From Phoronis australis (taxonomy: Eukaryota; Animalia; Phoronida), in the NCBI GenBank assembly GCA_002633005.1, contig NMRA01000651.1, forward strand, positions 102,956-166,955: a stretch of 64,000 nucleotides of DNA. Direction: 5' to 3'. This document shows, in pieces, positions 40,300 through 53,001 of the stretch (position 1 is the first letter of the stretch; every line of letters starts with the position of its first letter). The position numbers and the translations under genes were made by a program. The notes beneath the pieces were generated by a model, which had not been told where the DNA came from, did not search any database, and saw only the letters and a program-made list of their open reading frames with translations.

Positions 40300-40872
40300 A
40301 AAACGAAATTGCCGGATTACGATCACAAGAAAGCTGTGGTATGGGTGCACTGCCTGAGGGGCTGGTGAAAACCAAAACACACAATACTTTCTTAATTGAG
40401 TATATCAAGAATTTTCTACTGATCCATTGATTTTACAATAGTTGCAATGAAACTGATCTTTTAGCGTTACTTCTTTATTCACATTTAGGCCCCTAGGCCC
40501 ATGTGCATTTAAACGCACATAAGGCTGGTAGCAAGATGCTACTTTCATGGAGCATAATTGTCTTCAGCTAACGTCATCTAAAGTAAGTGAAACTGTCATA
40601 TAAGGGTTTCCACATCCTCTGAACATGGTATATTTAGGTAGCAATCCTTGTGACAAATTTAATTAAATATCACACAACTTTGGTTCTGAGCTAACTTATT
40701 AATAAGCTTGTTACACTCAACATGTTGAATGAGACACTTGTGGCCTGCATCTAGATTATTTATTTTGTACATGACTTATCTAACAAAGTCAAAAGTACGT
40801 GGTACTCCATCATCCATTTGTTTCCATATCCATTGTACAGAGCTTGCATGTGATTGTGTTTTTGTTGTTTAG

Positions 40873-40981
40873 GGAAAATGAACTTGAATCCAGTGATGAA
40901 AGTGAAGATGAAATGGAGACAGATAGCGCCCCCTTCCAGCAGTCTCGTAGTGGCAAGCATGATCTCATGTCCAAATCAGAT
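40873..40981 (+). CDS. CPSF2: CPSF2 exon
   Basis: ttag|G...GAT|gttagt; ENELESSDESEDEMETDSAPFQQSRSGKHDLMSKSD (CPSF2 SSDESD...KHDLM). Confidence 0.92.
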
Positions 40982-41207
40982 GTTAGTATTTTCCATAGAA
41001 CTATGTTAGGGATAGTTGTGTTTGGTATTTACCTAATCAGTGTTTTTAGTTTAACCTATTTTTAAATTTGTGAGCAAGGTTATTGTATACAGTGGGGATT
41101 TTCAATATTGTTTAATTACTCAGTAACCAAATATTGGTAATTGAGCAACTTTTTTCCTAATCTTTTGTCCCATTTTAAGCAATCATACACCAAGTTATCT
41201 ATTTCAG

Positions 41208-41311
41208 AACAAACATCGATGTGGCTTCTTTAAGCATGCCAAGAAGTCCTATCCAATGTTCCCGTGTGAAGAGATACGTGTAAAGTGGGATGACTATGGA
41301 GAGTTAATCAA
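41208..41311 (+). CDS. CPSF2: CPSF2 exon
   Basis: tttcag|AAC...ATCAA|gtatga; NKHRCGFFKHAKKSYPMFPCEEIRVKWDDYGELI(K), matching FFKQAKKSYPMFP..E.R.KWD.YGE.I. Confidence 0.95.
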
Positions 41312-41394
41312 GTATGATAACATGACATGAGGCTTTAGTATGGAGTTGTGTATTGTTCAGTTTGCCAGGCTTTGAAATGTTGTTAATGCTTCAA

Positions 41395-42226
41395 CACCAT
41401 CATCACATCACCATTACCTCTCATCATCATCATCACCATCAGCACCATCATTATCATCATCACCACCATCATCATCATTATCATCATCTCCATCATCATC
41501 ACCAATCACCCCACCATCATCATCATCATCACCATCATCTTCACCGTCACCATCATCATCAATATCACCATTTTCACTGTCATCATCACTATCATCACCA
41601 TCATCATCACCACCATCATCATCACCATCATCACCATCATCATCATCACCATCAACATCACCATCATCACCACCATCATCATCAACATCATCATCATCAT
41701 CACCATCATTATCATCATCACCATCATCACCACCATCATCATCATCATTATCATCATCTCCATCATCATCACCAATCACCCCACCATCATCATCATCATC
41801 ANNNNNNNNNNNNNNNNNNNNNNNNNNNNNNNNNNNNNNNNNNNNNNNNNNNNNNNNNNNNNNNNNNNNNNNNNNNNNNNNNNNNNNNNNNNNNNNNNNN
41901 NNNNNNNNNNNNNNNNNNNNNNNNNNNNNNNNNNNNNNNNNNNNNNNNNNNNNNNNNNNNNNNNNNNNNNNNNNNNNNNNNNNNNNNNNNNNNNNNNNNN
42001 NNNNNNNNNNNNNNNNNNNNNNNNNNNNNNNNNNNNNNNNNNNNNNNNNNNNNNNNNNNNNNNNNNNNNNNNNNNNNNNNNNNNNNNNNNNNNNNNNNNN
42101 NNNNNCACCATCATCATCACCATCATCATCATCATCATAACCACCATCATCACAACTATCATCACCATCATCATCATCTCCATCATCATCATCACCACCA
42201 TCATCATCACCATCAACATCATCACA
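41395..42226. repeat. (CAT/CAC)n trinucleotide microsatellite spanning an assembly gap
   Basis: Direct reading; intronic. Confidence 0.95.
41802..42105. other. Assembly gap
   Basis: N run. Confidence 1.
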
Positions 42227-43197
42227 AATTTCGGAGATGGGTATACCGATGAATTAGATTTCATTTAGAAAACGGTTATGGAGTTAAGCGCGTTTAATTA
42301 CACTATCTTCAACACTGAGAACACTGACACTTCCAACACTGTTATGGATTAGGTGTGTATCGATCCATGTTGTGATTGAAACTAAGACTTTATGAAAATG
42401 TTGGAAATACGGATATTTAACATGAAAGTTACATATTATGTCCTTAAAGGGTTGGCAGCCCTTTCATCATCGTTACCATCTTCAACATTACCATCATCTT
42501 TGTAACTATCATTACCAATACCTCCAGCATGATAATGTATACAAGTTTTGAAAACAGGTCACCAATCTGTAAATTTGTCCAATGTCCATAAAAGAAAAAA
42601 ATCCTAATATTGGTCCACTAGTCCATGTAGGAAACCAAAATGTGACTTTCAATAGATAGTATAGTTCCAACAGTGGACTATATGAAATAAATATAAAGGT
42701 GGGATTTAGTGTCAAAAGCTCTCCGATCTCAGCACCGCCAGAGCTTAACAGCAGTTGCAGTTCATTTCATGATAACTCAACTGAAGGCTTCCAAATTTTT
42801 CATAGGTTGACTAAGTCTTCAGTTTTGGTAGCAGACTCCTCTAACTAAAAGATGTTGATAGTAAACTCCAGACACTTTGAAGCTGATAGAATACAGAATA
42901 CAGAATTCATTATTTTCAGCTAAACTTTACCCTGTTGCAACGTTGCAACAGTCTGTAAAAACAAGTTTTTTTAACCATCTTGTTAAAAATGTGCTGTTTA
43001 CTCACAAAACCACAGGCTAATGATTAAACATATTAAATGCACAAAAATAATGCTTAGGCAGCTGAAGTTACAAAACTGATTCATAAAAAGATCTGTTTTG
43101 TAACTTCGTGTGATCTTGAGTACCAAAGGTAGAGAATTGCCTGTAAGTGAATATAATCAGCGAATTAGAAATGATCGGTTTTCTTTATACATTTCAG

Positions 43198-43255
43198 ACC
43201 TGAGGATTTTTTATTTGTCGACGTCCTAGCAAATGAGGATGATAAACCGAGACAG
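43198..43255 (+). CDS. CPSF2: CPSF2 exon
   Basis: tttcag|A CCT GAG GAT TTT...CAG|gtcagt; (K)PEDFLFVDVLANEDDKPRQ. Confidence 0.9.
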
Positions 43256-43498
43256 GTCAGTAAATTCATGTGTTATGATGTTTGCACTGTCTTGACGAGT
43301 GCTTCTCATTTAGACCAGAAGTGTTTAGAATGCAGAGATGTTGTGCCTGTCTGTCTAATCAAGTTTCTGATTGGTCATTAGCAAAATTAAACCTCCCATC
43401 ATGCACTGTTTTGTGCCTGTCTTACTGGTATTTCACAAGAGCTCGTGTAATGAAGGCTGGATCATTTGGTTATTAAGAAGCATTATCAATTCCATAGT

Positions 43499-43597
43499 GT
43501 GATTGCCACCATGACGTGATTGCCACCATGACGTGATTGCCACCATGACGTGATTGCCACCATGACGTGATTGCCACCATGACGTGATTGCCACCAT
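43499..43597. repeat. 17-bp perfect tandem repeat (GTGATTGCCACCATGAC) x5.8
   Basis: Direct reading. Confidence 0.95.
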
Positions 43598-43750
43598 TGT
43601 TTTTCCTCTTATTCACAATCTTTGAGCTTATTAGAACTACCTGTCACATAAAGATTACATTAACTTCCAATTAAAATGTCGTCTTCATTTTGAAATGTCG
43701 ATCGAATAACTTGCGAAAGTCACTTGTGATGATATTTACATTATGTGACA

Positions 43751-43854
43751 CAAGGAGTCGAGGAGATTCTTTTAATGCTATTCACATCACTGTGACTATC
43801 TCAAGGAGTCGAGGAGATTCTTTTAATGCTATTCACATCACTGTGACTATCTCA
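43751..43854. repeat. 51-bp tandem duplication
   Basis: Units at 43751 and 43802. Confidence 0.9.
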
Positions 43855-44344
43855 GTGTCACATGATCATGTGGTTTTGGTAAAAATGTTGATTTTGATAG
43901 GTATATTGATTTGGAAAAAGTCATTGAACTTTCTGTATTAAAAGTTTGATAAAATGACTCAACAACCACGTCTGGAATTTTCTGTATCTTGAACAGATTT
44001 CCTTTAATCATTAAGTGGTACATTCAATGTTTAGCTATTTTTCTAAGAATAGTCTTCATTGTACTTTAAACATTGAAAATCAATGAAAACTCAAAAATTT
44101 TGAGAGATGGTTTTGACATTGAGAGGCTATGCTGAAATGCTGTGAAAATGGGTGGGGTCTTCTTGAGATATTGAGAAACTGCAGAAACACTGAAAATGGG
44201 GAGGGTCTTTCTTGAGATATTGTGAAACTGTGCTGAAATACTGTAAAAATGACAGGGCTCTTCGTTAAGATATTGAGACTGTGTCGAAACACTTGTAATG
44301 AGCTGGGTCTTGAGATATTGTGAGATTGTGCTGAAACACAGTGC

Positions 44345-46960
44345 AGGGGCGGATCTACGTTTTCAGTAAGGGGGGGTTTAGGATTCCCGCAAAGGTCGAA
44401 TCTGAGGCACGTGGCGCCGAGAGGGGGGAGGTCGGGAGGGGGGTTTCCCCCCTCCGTGTAAGACCATTTTTTGTTTTTGTAGCCAAATAGTGAAATTTCC
44501 ATGCATCCTGGTAAGTTTCTGGCACTAATAACATGTCTCTTGAGTTTTTCTTAAGATAATTTAAAACCCTTCTCGATTTCGTCGCATGAACGTGGCTCAC
44601 AAGTTTCGTGAAATCATATTTGTGCACATCTGGGTATGAATTACGCCACCAGCAAAAATTTTTGTTGGAACATCTGCTTATACACACCTTTTTAGCATAC
44701 GAAAAGTCGTATATGAAAAAGTGTGGTGTGTGTGGGGGGTTAGACAACTACCAAATATTCAAGAGCATAAGGAGCACCCGACGGGGAGTAAAACATTGAA
44801 TAACAGATGATCGCGTAACAGCAGCCTCAAGTTGTTTAAGAACGAAGACCTGTACTGTTAGTCTGGAAATAAACATGTGTTCTGTCTAATTATGAGAAAA
44901 ACTGGCAAACGATGGTGCTCTCAGCTCATAGTATATTATTAAAAGCGACAATAAACAATTAGGTATCACTTCATTAAGCTGAATCACGTTGACCACAATT
45001 GAAAAACGTCAAATGTATCTGGAAACGAATCAGCTGAAAACAGTTTCAAGAAACCAAAACATTCTGTACATCGTGGTGAAAATATAAACAGGACCAGTTC
45101 GCAGAGGGACCAGGTGTACACTGAGAGTACACAAAAAGGCCTGGTCCGTCACGAGACCAAAAGTACACCTGTGCTTATTATCCCTATAAACATAGTTGAT
45201 CTGTGGCGGGACCAAACAGTACTGGCTGAGATAGATAGTTTTACAAAGCACACTTTGGTAAAAAAACATCACAAGACTAGTTCGCCGAGGAACCAGAAGT
45301 ACACTGAAACTCACTATCTACACAAATCAAGCTGGCCTGGTCCCTCGCGAGACCTAAAGTGTACTATGCAAAAAAGTTTGAATTGAAAACTTCTCTCTAG
45401 ACACTTTTTAATGCCCAGTGGTTGCTCATACATGTATTTTATACATCTGGTCGTCAACTGCTGCGAGAGGTTGTCTAGGAAGGGTTTTCGCACCGCTCTG
45501 TAGTACTCACTGGAAGAAACAAGTATTGAGAACAAATTTAACTACGCACTACGTGAAATCAATTTTGGATATGAAGCAGATAGAGCCAAGTGGAAATACA
45601 AACCAGAATCAGTTTTTGTGCGCTCGTAGACCCTCTGCTGTATTGGGTAAATTTGGCATGACCAAAAATAATTTCTATTTCGTTTTCATTGTACACAAGT
45701 ATAAAAACCGACATTATGTACAAACTGTGTAGAATCATAACTTATTACGTAGGTATTTCTCCAGGAACGTTAGTCCTATCCTGCTGTTGTCTGGACTGCC
45801 GAGGAATCTGTATATCGGATCCAATGGTTTGCTGCTCTTGGAACCATTCTACCCAGACATCTTCGACGTTTGTTCCCAACGCTTGCACTTCGTCAACTGC
45901 TGTGTCAATGAGCTTGTACGCCTCTACAATGTCAGCATCTCGTTTCGCAGCTCAGTTGGCACTAAGCCCCCTGAGGTTACCAAGTCCATTCAAAAGACTT
46001 ACAGCATGCGCAACTAAATTTGATCCGTTCATCATGGACTACTTCAAACCTTGACGATGTATCCCAGGACCCATTTGCATCTCTTGCAATTTTCGAAATA
46101 AACGTCCCAGTGTCTGAACGCTTGAAACCCGAAGTACAAACATCAAATAAATGCCCATGAGCATGGGCGTTTCGTCGGTTGGGCCTTTCTGCGGAAATTC
46201 CCAGTATAGAAAACGGCAGTGGTGCTTATTGCAGGTAGAAAGACGGTAGGTGTTGAGGTCGGCACTAGGGCTCCTTAGGAGGCCCATTGAACATCGCACG
46301 AGTCCCGCAAGACTTTGTTGTGAAAATACAGGCTCCCCGCAATTTCTGGTACTGTAAACTGTTCGCGAATGCGGTCACTTTGTCAATGTGAGTGCCCCCT
46401 TGGTCATTCCTTGTATAGACAAAACTTGTTAGAGTGCATCTTCAAACAGACTCGCGACCAGACCACGGCGCCCGCCACAATAGCAATTCTTCGGAAAACA
46501 AGTTTTTTTCAAAAGTATTACATGTACATGTACACCGTATGATATTGCGCAAGACAACTTTACTGTACACCACTCAAATTCGAGTTTCAAACGTGTGGGG
46601 TGTAATACGATGACACGGCATGACAGATGAGGTAAAAACGTTGCACGTCAATTCGCCTGAATATCAGGGTTGGGGCACCACAGTATTTCCCTAATCAAAT
46701 CAAAACATATCTTAGAGTAAAGAAGCTAGTTATCTAAAGAAATCAGCTATAGAGCTGCTCTTTCAGCGGTGGATCCATCTAAAATGCTTGGCTACTTCAG
46801 AAGTGTCGTCGGAAGCGCGCGCACAATTGATCTCCGGGGTTTTGTCGATGAGCCACGAAGACTCGAAACGCGTTGATTTTCATAACAGCAATTCACAATG
46901 CAAAAAATATATTTTCAGAGTGAACCCCCCCCCCTTTTTTTCCAGGTTGGTTTACTTGGG
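44345..46960 (-). mobile_element. hAT transposon remnant with intron-containing transposase pseudogene
   Basis: CAGGGGCGGATCTAC terminus at 44345; - strand 45450-46150 gives LFDVCT..., LSAN*AAKRDADIVEAYKLID..VWVEWF..IPRQSRQQQDRTNVPGEIPT|EYYRAVRKPFLDNLSQQLTTR, typical of THAP12/ZMYM1-related hAT transposases; far end uncertain. Confidence 0.75.
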
Positions 46961-47858
46961 GTTTACACACGCTGGCGGTGCCGGCGTTTTTGTTTTGCTG
47001 GAGACGTTTTTGTTTTGTTTTTTAATTTTTGGGTCCTGGAGAATGTGTTTATTCTCCCATTATGGAAATGTTTGAAGTGATGGGAACACTCAATGTCACT
47101 TGTTGCACATGTCAATCATCACAGTACATATACTGTACTCATGTCTGGGATATTGTGAGTTGATACTGCTAAGCTGTTGTGGTTGCTTTCACATTCCTTG
47201 TTGTGTAGTTAGCCTTCTTAAGGCTGCGGGGGATACACACCTGTATGGTGGCAGCTCAGGGGGCTGTTCTCAGGTGTGTAGACCAGGTGGAACTGACACC
47301 TGCAAACTTGGGACATGTTGATGGCTTTAGAAGTTAGTATGCACAGGGGTTGTAGAGGTCGATGTTCAACATATATACTGTCTGAGCTGAATGAGAATGT
47401 ATCTAACCCAGCGGGATACTGGTGTGTAACAGGGAAAGTTCACTCTCTTCTGATGGGCTGTATAGGTACGTCATTATCTGGGAATTATAAAGGCTGCAAA
47501 GTTTCTTTGTGGTGACATGTTATGAAAAGTATAACCACGAAATTTTGAATCATAAACATTATTTCCAAAATTTCAGACATAGTTAATGTTGTTGTCTTTC
47601 TGGTAATTCTTGAATTTGGGACAATTTATAAATTTTGGTACAAGCTCCAGCCTTGAGCAAAGTGATCAATTTCCCACTCTCCAAAATTGAAGAATTTTTC
47701 CTGTAACAAGTGGGTATTCAGTCTGACAGACACGTCTACAGGTTTTGGTGTTTCCTGTGTTCGCTTAACTTTGGAAGGAAATCTGTTGGCAACTGGTTGT
47801 CATTACTGTTAGGATTACTATATGCTAAATGTTATTTGGATTTTTTTTCATTTTCTAG

Positions 47859-47892
47859 GAATCCATGGCAACAGACGAAGACACAATGCAAG
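47859..47892 (+). CDS. CPSF2: CPSF2 34-nt small exon
   Basis: long polypyrimidine tract ttttctag|GAA...CAAG|gtgtaa; ESMATDEDTMQ(D); needed to bridge phase 0 to phase 1. Confidence 0.8.
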
Positions 47893-48550
47893 GTGTAACT
47901 TCAAATAATATTCAGTTGACAATTAAACTTGACAAAAACTAGTGTTAATGAAGTCACCTTTTGTATTTTTGTTCAAATTAATCATCACTCAAGTTGGACA
48001 TTTTATGAAATTTGGTGTACTATGGCATTTGGATTTTCTCCATTGTTTGTTTTCTCCATTGTCGGCCTATTTTGCTCTACAAACTTTTCATGGACGTAAT
48101 GAAAGCCTGACTGTATTAATGGGTCATGTTTGGCAATCTGGACCTAAATTTCGTATGGACAAGAGAATTGTGACACAAATTATTATGTGTTCTGCTGCTA
48201 AATTTAGCTTATATAAAACAAGAGTGATCGTGGAGGACAAATGTTTCCTTACAGTAAGCAAGATGATGCAATATCTTGCAGTCATAGTAAGGAAGGAAAT
48301 GACTGGTGTTGAAATGCAAGCAATCTTTGTTTGTTAAACTTTTTATTTGCTTTAATTATATAGTGCTAGTTTCTAACAGTGTCCCAGAATAAAAGGCTTC
48401 AAACTGGTTCTCAAAATCCTGGACCACTTTTTGACGTTATTACCAAAATTATGAAGCATTATAATTATTATTATTATTATGAGTATTGTAATTATAATTA
48501 TTGTATGGTTATGACTGTTAACAGTTGTTATTATGCTATTATTTCGGTAG

Positions 48551-48693
48551 ATATTTCTGAGGTGCCTACCAAGTGTATAGAGTCCGAGGTTGAGGTGACA
48601 ATCAGTGCAACAGTATCCTTCATTGATTTCGAGGGCCGTTCTGATGGGGAGTCAGTCAAGAAAATCCTTGCGCAGATTAGGCCCCGACAACTG
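48551..48693 (+). CDS. CPSF2: CPSF2 exon (RMMBL region)
   Basis: gtag|AT...CTG|gtaact; DISEVPTKCIESEVEVTISATVSFIDFEGRSDGESVKKILAQIRPRQL. Confidence 0.96.
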
Positions 48694-49458
48694 GTAACTA
48701 TCATACCTGAAACTATGTTGCTCACTTGAACAGTACCATGAAACATAAACGCATATGTATTGACGTGCTTTTTATAATGAAGACAATATTTTGAAATTCT
48801 CGAAAATAGGTTTTCCAGTAACAAGTTCAATGAAGACGACAGTGTATCATGGCCAAATGTTAACTATATTGTGGTGCAAGTCTGCTACCCAAATATAATG
48901 TACATATTGTTGCATGTGGTAGCTAAACCACTCCCTGTTTTAAAATATTGTTCATCTGCCCATTTCAATGTAAATACAGCACCTTAGCCTGTACATGATA
49001 TATTGCAAGTTATTTCCTGCCTTTCTTCATAAACTGTAGTAAGAACTGTGTAAAAGTTGCGCTGTGCTTCATGTAGTAAAGTCATCAAGTTGTAGATATC
49101 CGTGTTCAGTTCTAAGCCCACCACCAATTTATACAGCCAGTTCTTTTAAGGTGATCATGCCTTTAGGAACGTCCATCTACTGACAATTTCAGCTTCAAAA
49201 ATGAGTGTAATTACTCACCTGTGACAAATCAACGTTTTGTCGTTATTTAACTCTTGTATGTGAAATGGTTGACTCTTTGAAATGTCACTCAGGTCTGTCA
49301 TCCAGGGTAATGCTCAAACCAGAACTTGTCCATTTTAAACAACTGTTCAAGACTGGTAGTTGAATTTCAAGGCCCTTCGTGTTTATTTAAAAAAAATAAC
49401 AGTTAAAAGGATCTCATGATGTCTTGTTGATCTCAACACACGGTCCATTCCTGCACAG

Positions 49459-49596
49459 ATCTTGGTCCATGGCTCAGTGGAGGCTTCGCAAGCACTTGGT
49501 CAGCATTGCATAGCTACAGGGATTGTACAAGGGCAAGTGTATGTACCAGGAGTGAAGGAGATGATTGATGCCACAACAGAGAGCCACATTTATCAG
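49459..49596 (+). CDS. CPSF2: CPSF2 exon
   Basis: cacag|ATC...CAG|gtgggt; ILVHGSVEASQALGQHCIATGIVQGQVYVPGVKEMIDATTESHIYQ. Confidence 0.95.
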
Positions 49597-49604
49597 GTGG
49601 GTAT

Positions 49605-49710
49605 GTGAGTGTGGGTGATTGGGTGAAGGTGAGTGTGGGTGATTGGGTTGAAGGTGAGTGTGGGTGATTGGGTGAAGGTGAGTGTGGGTGATTGGGTGAA
49701 GGTGAGTGTG
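49605..49710. repeat. 24-bp G-rich tandem repeat (GTGAGTGTGGGTGATTGGGTGAAG) x4+
   Basis: Direct reading; begins 8 nt into the intron. Confidence 0.92.
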
Positions 49711-50268
49711 TGGAGGTATGTTGGTGGGACGACATATCGAGTCACGTGTTTTGGTAGAATGTCGATACAAAGTCATCTTGTGCTCTTAGCTTTTTAAAAA
49801 TGCTTAGCAGCGTTATCGTTGGGAATCGTAAATATTTGCCATTCTATTCTAATTCATCCTTGAAGCATCCCGCAAAGAAAACTTATAGTTCTTTGAATGT
49901 TAAACCTTGTAATGTTACTTTGTGAAATTATTAATTCCAGCTTTCCAGCTTTGACAGTCTTGTGCGATATAAATACTCAATTTTGGCAGATGGAGGATTT
50001 CAAGAGAGCCCAATTACAATTTTCAAAGTAAAACGTTCACATAGCTCTCATAAACATGCCGTTAGCTTAATTTTTCTGTTCGCTTTGATCACATTCGCCT
50101 ATTCCAAGTTTTTAAAATTTTATAATCTAAGTGCTTTGTGGTTGCCTTTCTGTAATATTTCATCCAATTGAATTTGTTGCAAAATACATTTTTGTACCTT
50201 GTAACATTTTGCAGAAAATGTAAAGACAAGATTGTGTCTTTTGTAAAGTGCAATTTTCATGTTGTTAG

Positions 50269-50449
50269 GTGAAACTTAAGGAGGCGCTGGTCAGTGCACT
50301 TGACTTTGCGCCAGCTAAAGAGGCGGAACTAGCCTGGATCAATGCTGTCATTGATATGACCCACTTGAAAGCAGACACCAGTTTTGTATGTGAACCTGAA
50401 GAGGGTGAGCTGACTGAGGAAGGAAGGAAGAGCAAACCAAAAATAACAG
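50269..50449 (+). CDS. CPSF2: CPSF2 exon
   Basis: gttag|GTG...ACAG|gtgaga; VKLKEALVSALDFAPAKEAELAWINAVIDMTHLKADTSFVCEPEEGELTEEGRKSKPKIT. Confidence 0.95.
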
Positions 50450-51440
50450 GTGAGATACTGCAAGGTGGGCATTGTCAACTCATCTTTTGAACTCCTTTGT
50501 GCTTTCTAGTAACTCCATCTAGTGATTGGTCTTGGAACCAGCCATATTTCTTTTGGTTCATAAGGTGACAAGTCCATTTGTTTAAAGTTTCCGAGTTCAG
50601 TCTTCAGTTTTTCTTAAACTCATAGATTGCTTCTAACATGAGGAAGGTATCAACCAAGATCAGTTGAGTTTAAAGCATCAATAAGCCGTTTAACCCAAAA
50701 GTTAGTGTTAAGCCCAAGGCAAGTGTATTGACAGTTTAATGCATGCTCCTAACTATGCCAATGTGTAGCAGGAACTAAACGACAATGCTATTTGAACATC
50801 ATCTACACTATAGTGCAGTTGTAGTAAAAAATCTGCAAATAGTTGATTTTTTCACTGACGTACCTTAGGCGGTTACATAAACCACATCATGCAGTGTTAT
50901 TCCCTTCACGATACTTACTGGACACAGTTGAGTGATTTATGACAGATCATTTTCAACACAAAACTCATTCTTAAAAACATTTGGCAATTTTCAACCTACT
51001 TCATATTCACATCGTTGCAGTATGTTGTGTTTCTAACTAATTTAACCAAGCAATCACAGAGACGAGGAATTAGCATACAAGTTCCACTTTAAGGCAATAG
51101 TCGTTGGTGTATGGTGGCTTTGTTCAGAATCTGTGTATAGCCTCTAATTGCCTCAGTTGTGTAAACTATTGCCATGTTACATTGTGGCTGCGCAGACTTG
51201 CATAGTCACACAGGTCCCATTACTTGGTGGAGAAAACTGGTTCTCAAAATGCGGGACCCCTGTGACTTCTTGGGCAGACCATTGGGTCACAATTTGTTGA
51301 AACTTGCATGATCAATTTTCAACATTTTTCAGCTACAACAATGAAGACTGGGTTTGCTGTTGCCAGCCTGGGCCACCTGGTTGCACTACGAGCTCAACTT
51401 CTCCTTGGTGTTCAATAATGCCTAATATTTGTCATTGCAG

Positions 51441-51631
51441 CTGGTGGTTCTGCTGATGACTTGTTGCCCCTCTTGGAGCCCCTCCCTATGACTCTACAGC
51501 CCAGCCATCCGGCTGTCTTCATAAATGAACCCAAATTGTCAGACTTCAAACAGATTCTGGTGAAACAGGGCATTCAAGCGGAGTTTGTGGCTGGCTCTCT
51601 CATCTGTAACGGAACTGTCGCAGTCAAAAGG
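51441..51631 (+). CDS. CPSF2: CPSF2 exon (CPSF100 C-terminal domain)
   Basis: ttgcag|CT...AGG|gtatgc; GGSADDLLPLLEPLPMTLQPSHPAVFINEPKLSDFKQILVKQGIQAEFVAGSLICNGTVAVKR. Confidence 0.96.
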
Positions 51632-52249
51632 GTATGCTGACGGACGGAACATGGGGAAATTCTCACTGAGCTGTTGTGTCCGCTCATATTGATCTGGTTC
51701 TAAATTATAGCTAGTTAAGAGGAAATTGCTTTACTAGCGTGGATAACAGAAAAATGTGTTCTTACATACTAGCATGGATAACAGAAGAGTGACGCAGCAT
51801 ACTGTTGCTAATTTGTGGTTAATTTGTTTGGCCAACTTAAGGAAGCACTAGGTAGTAGTACCCCTGTTGAGTAGCACCCTTTAGGGCTATTAATTACTCA
51901 TAAAATAGATGCACTTATCTCTCACCTCCAAGTGTATGTTGGGTGATTCAGTAACATTTGATAAGTTTGTGAGCTAGAAGTCGTCATCATAAACACATCA
52001 GATGTCTTAACCCGAACATTTGGCCAATCACATACAGCCTTCAAATTATCAAACTGATAGTGCCATCTCTTGGGAAAATTACAAATTACCGGTTGAGTGA
52101 AACTAGTGTTACTCATCAAGTCTAGAAATGATTTACTAATCACACTAGTTACACACTTTGTAGTTGTTTGACTATGTGTTGTAAGAGATTTAATGGCACA
52201 CATTTCTGTACATACCCAATTGTTGAAGATGATATACCTTTGTTTTCAG

Positions 52250-52342
52250 AGTGAAACAGGTAAGCTGCTGCTAGAGGGCACTATGAGCAGTGATTATTAC
52301 TTGGTGCGGGACTTACTGTACGACCAGTACGCTGTGATCTAA
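52250..52342 (+). CDS. CPSF2: CPSF2 last coding exon
   Basis: tttcag|AGT...ATC TAA; SETGKLLLEGTMSSDYYLVRDLLYDQYAVI*, matching the CPSF2 C-terminus RDLLYEQYAIV. Confidence 0.96.
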   Translation, partial: SETGKLLLEGTMSSDYYLVRDLLYDQYAVI

Positions 52343-52629
52343 GAACTGATCCACAGTGCACAGGCTCCACTCCGAGGAGACAGGGCACAGGACATGAGAG
52401 CAGAGAGGTGTTGGGGAACTACCTGTAAGACTGGCATGAAATCGTCCACAGAGTAGTCCCAATGCTGAACTACCGAGAGGAGAGGACAAGGACATAGTGT
52501 TTCAGAAATTGGTCAGTTTCTGGAAAGGTCTTGGCAGCTTCCTCTGCATTTCGTTTTATCTTTGGAAAAATGAAACCAAAGGCATTAAGTCTTAGATACG
52601 TTCCTCTAAATGAACTCTTTCATTTTGTA

Positions 52630-52635
52630 AATAAA
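52630..52635 (+). terminator. Probable CPSF2 polyadenylation signal
   Basis: First AATAAA I found after the stop (~290 nt downstream), followed by a T/GT-rich tract at ~52662-52671. Confidence 0.6.
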
Positions 52636-52665
52636 AAAGTATTAGTATTAGTATTTCACTGATGT

Positions 52666-52671
52666 TTTATT
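52666..52671 (-). terminator. Candidate polyadenylation signal of the convergent membrane-protein gene
   Basis: TTTATT on + (AATAAA on -) about 2.1 kb past that gene's stop; another candidate lies at 54109-54114. Confidence 0.4.
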
Positions 52672-53001
52672 AGATCATTCTACACAAACTCATATCTCCG
52701 TGGTTATCAAACTCTAAATAGACTGTGTACACAGACAACTACTACTCTACTAAGTATCTACAGTCAAACAAAAGTCAAAACTTGTAATGCACATTGTTAA
52801 ACATAAACTTGGCACTTTTGGAAAACGGAACCGCTTATTAACATAAATCACAAACAAAAAAATGAACGGCCAATTAACTCTTGACATCACACTACAACAA
52901 AAGCATTGACATTCACCAATGGTGCATCACAAATGATATGTTTCTAAGGGTTAAGATATGGTACATAAGGCTACTTAAACAATTTTAAAATAATGGTCAG
53001 T

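Noticed and set aside
41353-42264. Poly-His / poly-Asp / poly-Met ORFs
   Set aside because: Translations of a (CAT/CAC)n microsatellite and an N gap inside a CPSF2 intron
45689-46054. Plus-strand 121-aa ORF
   Set aside because: Antisense shadow of the minus-strand hAT transposase relic
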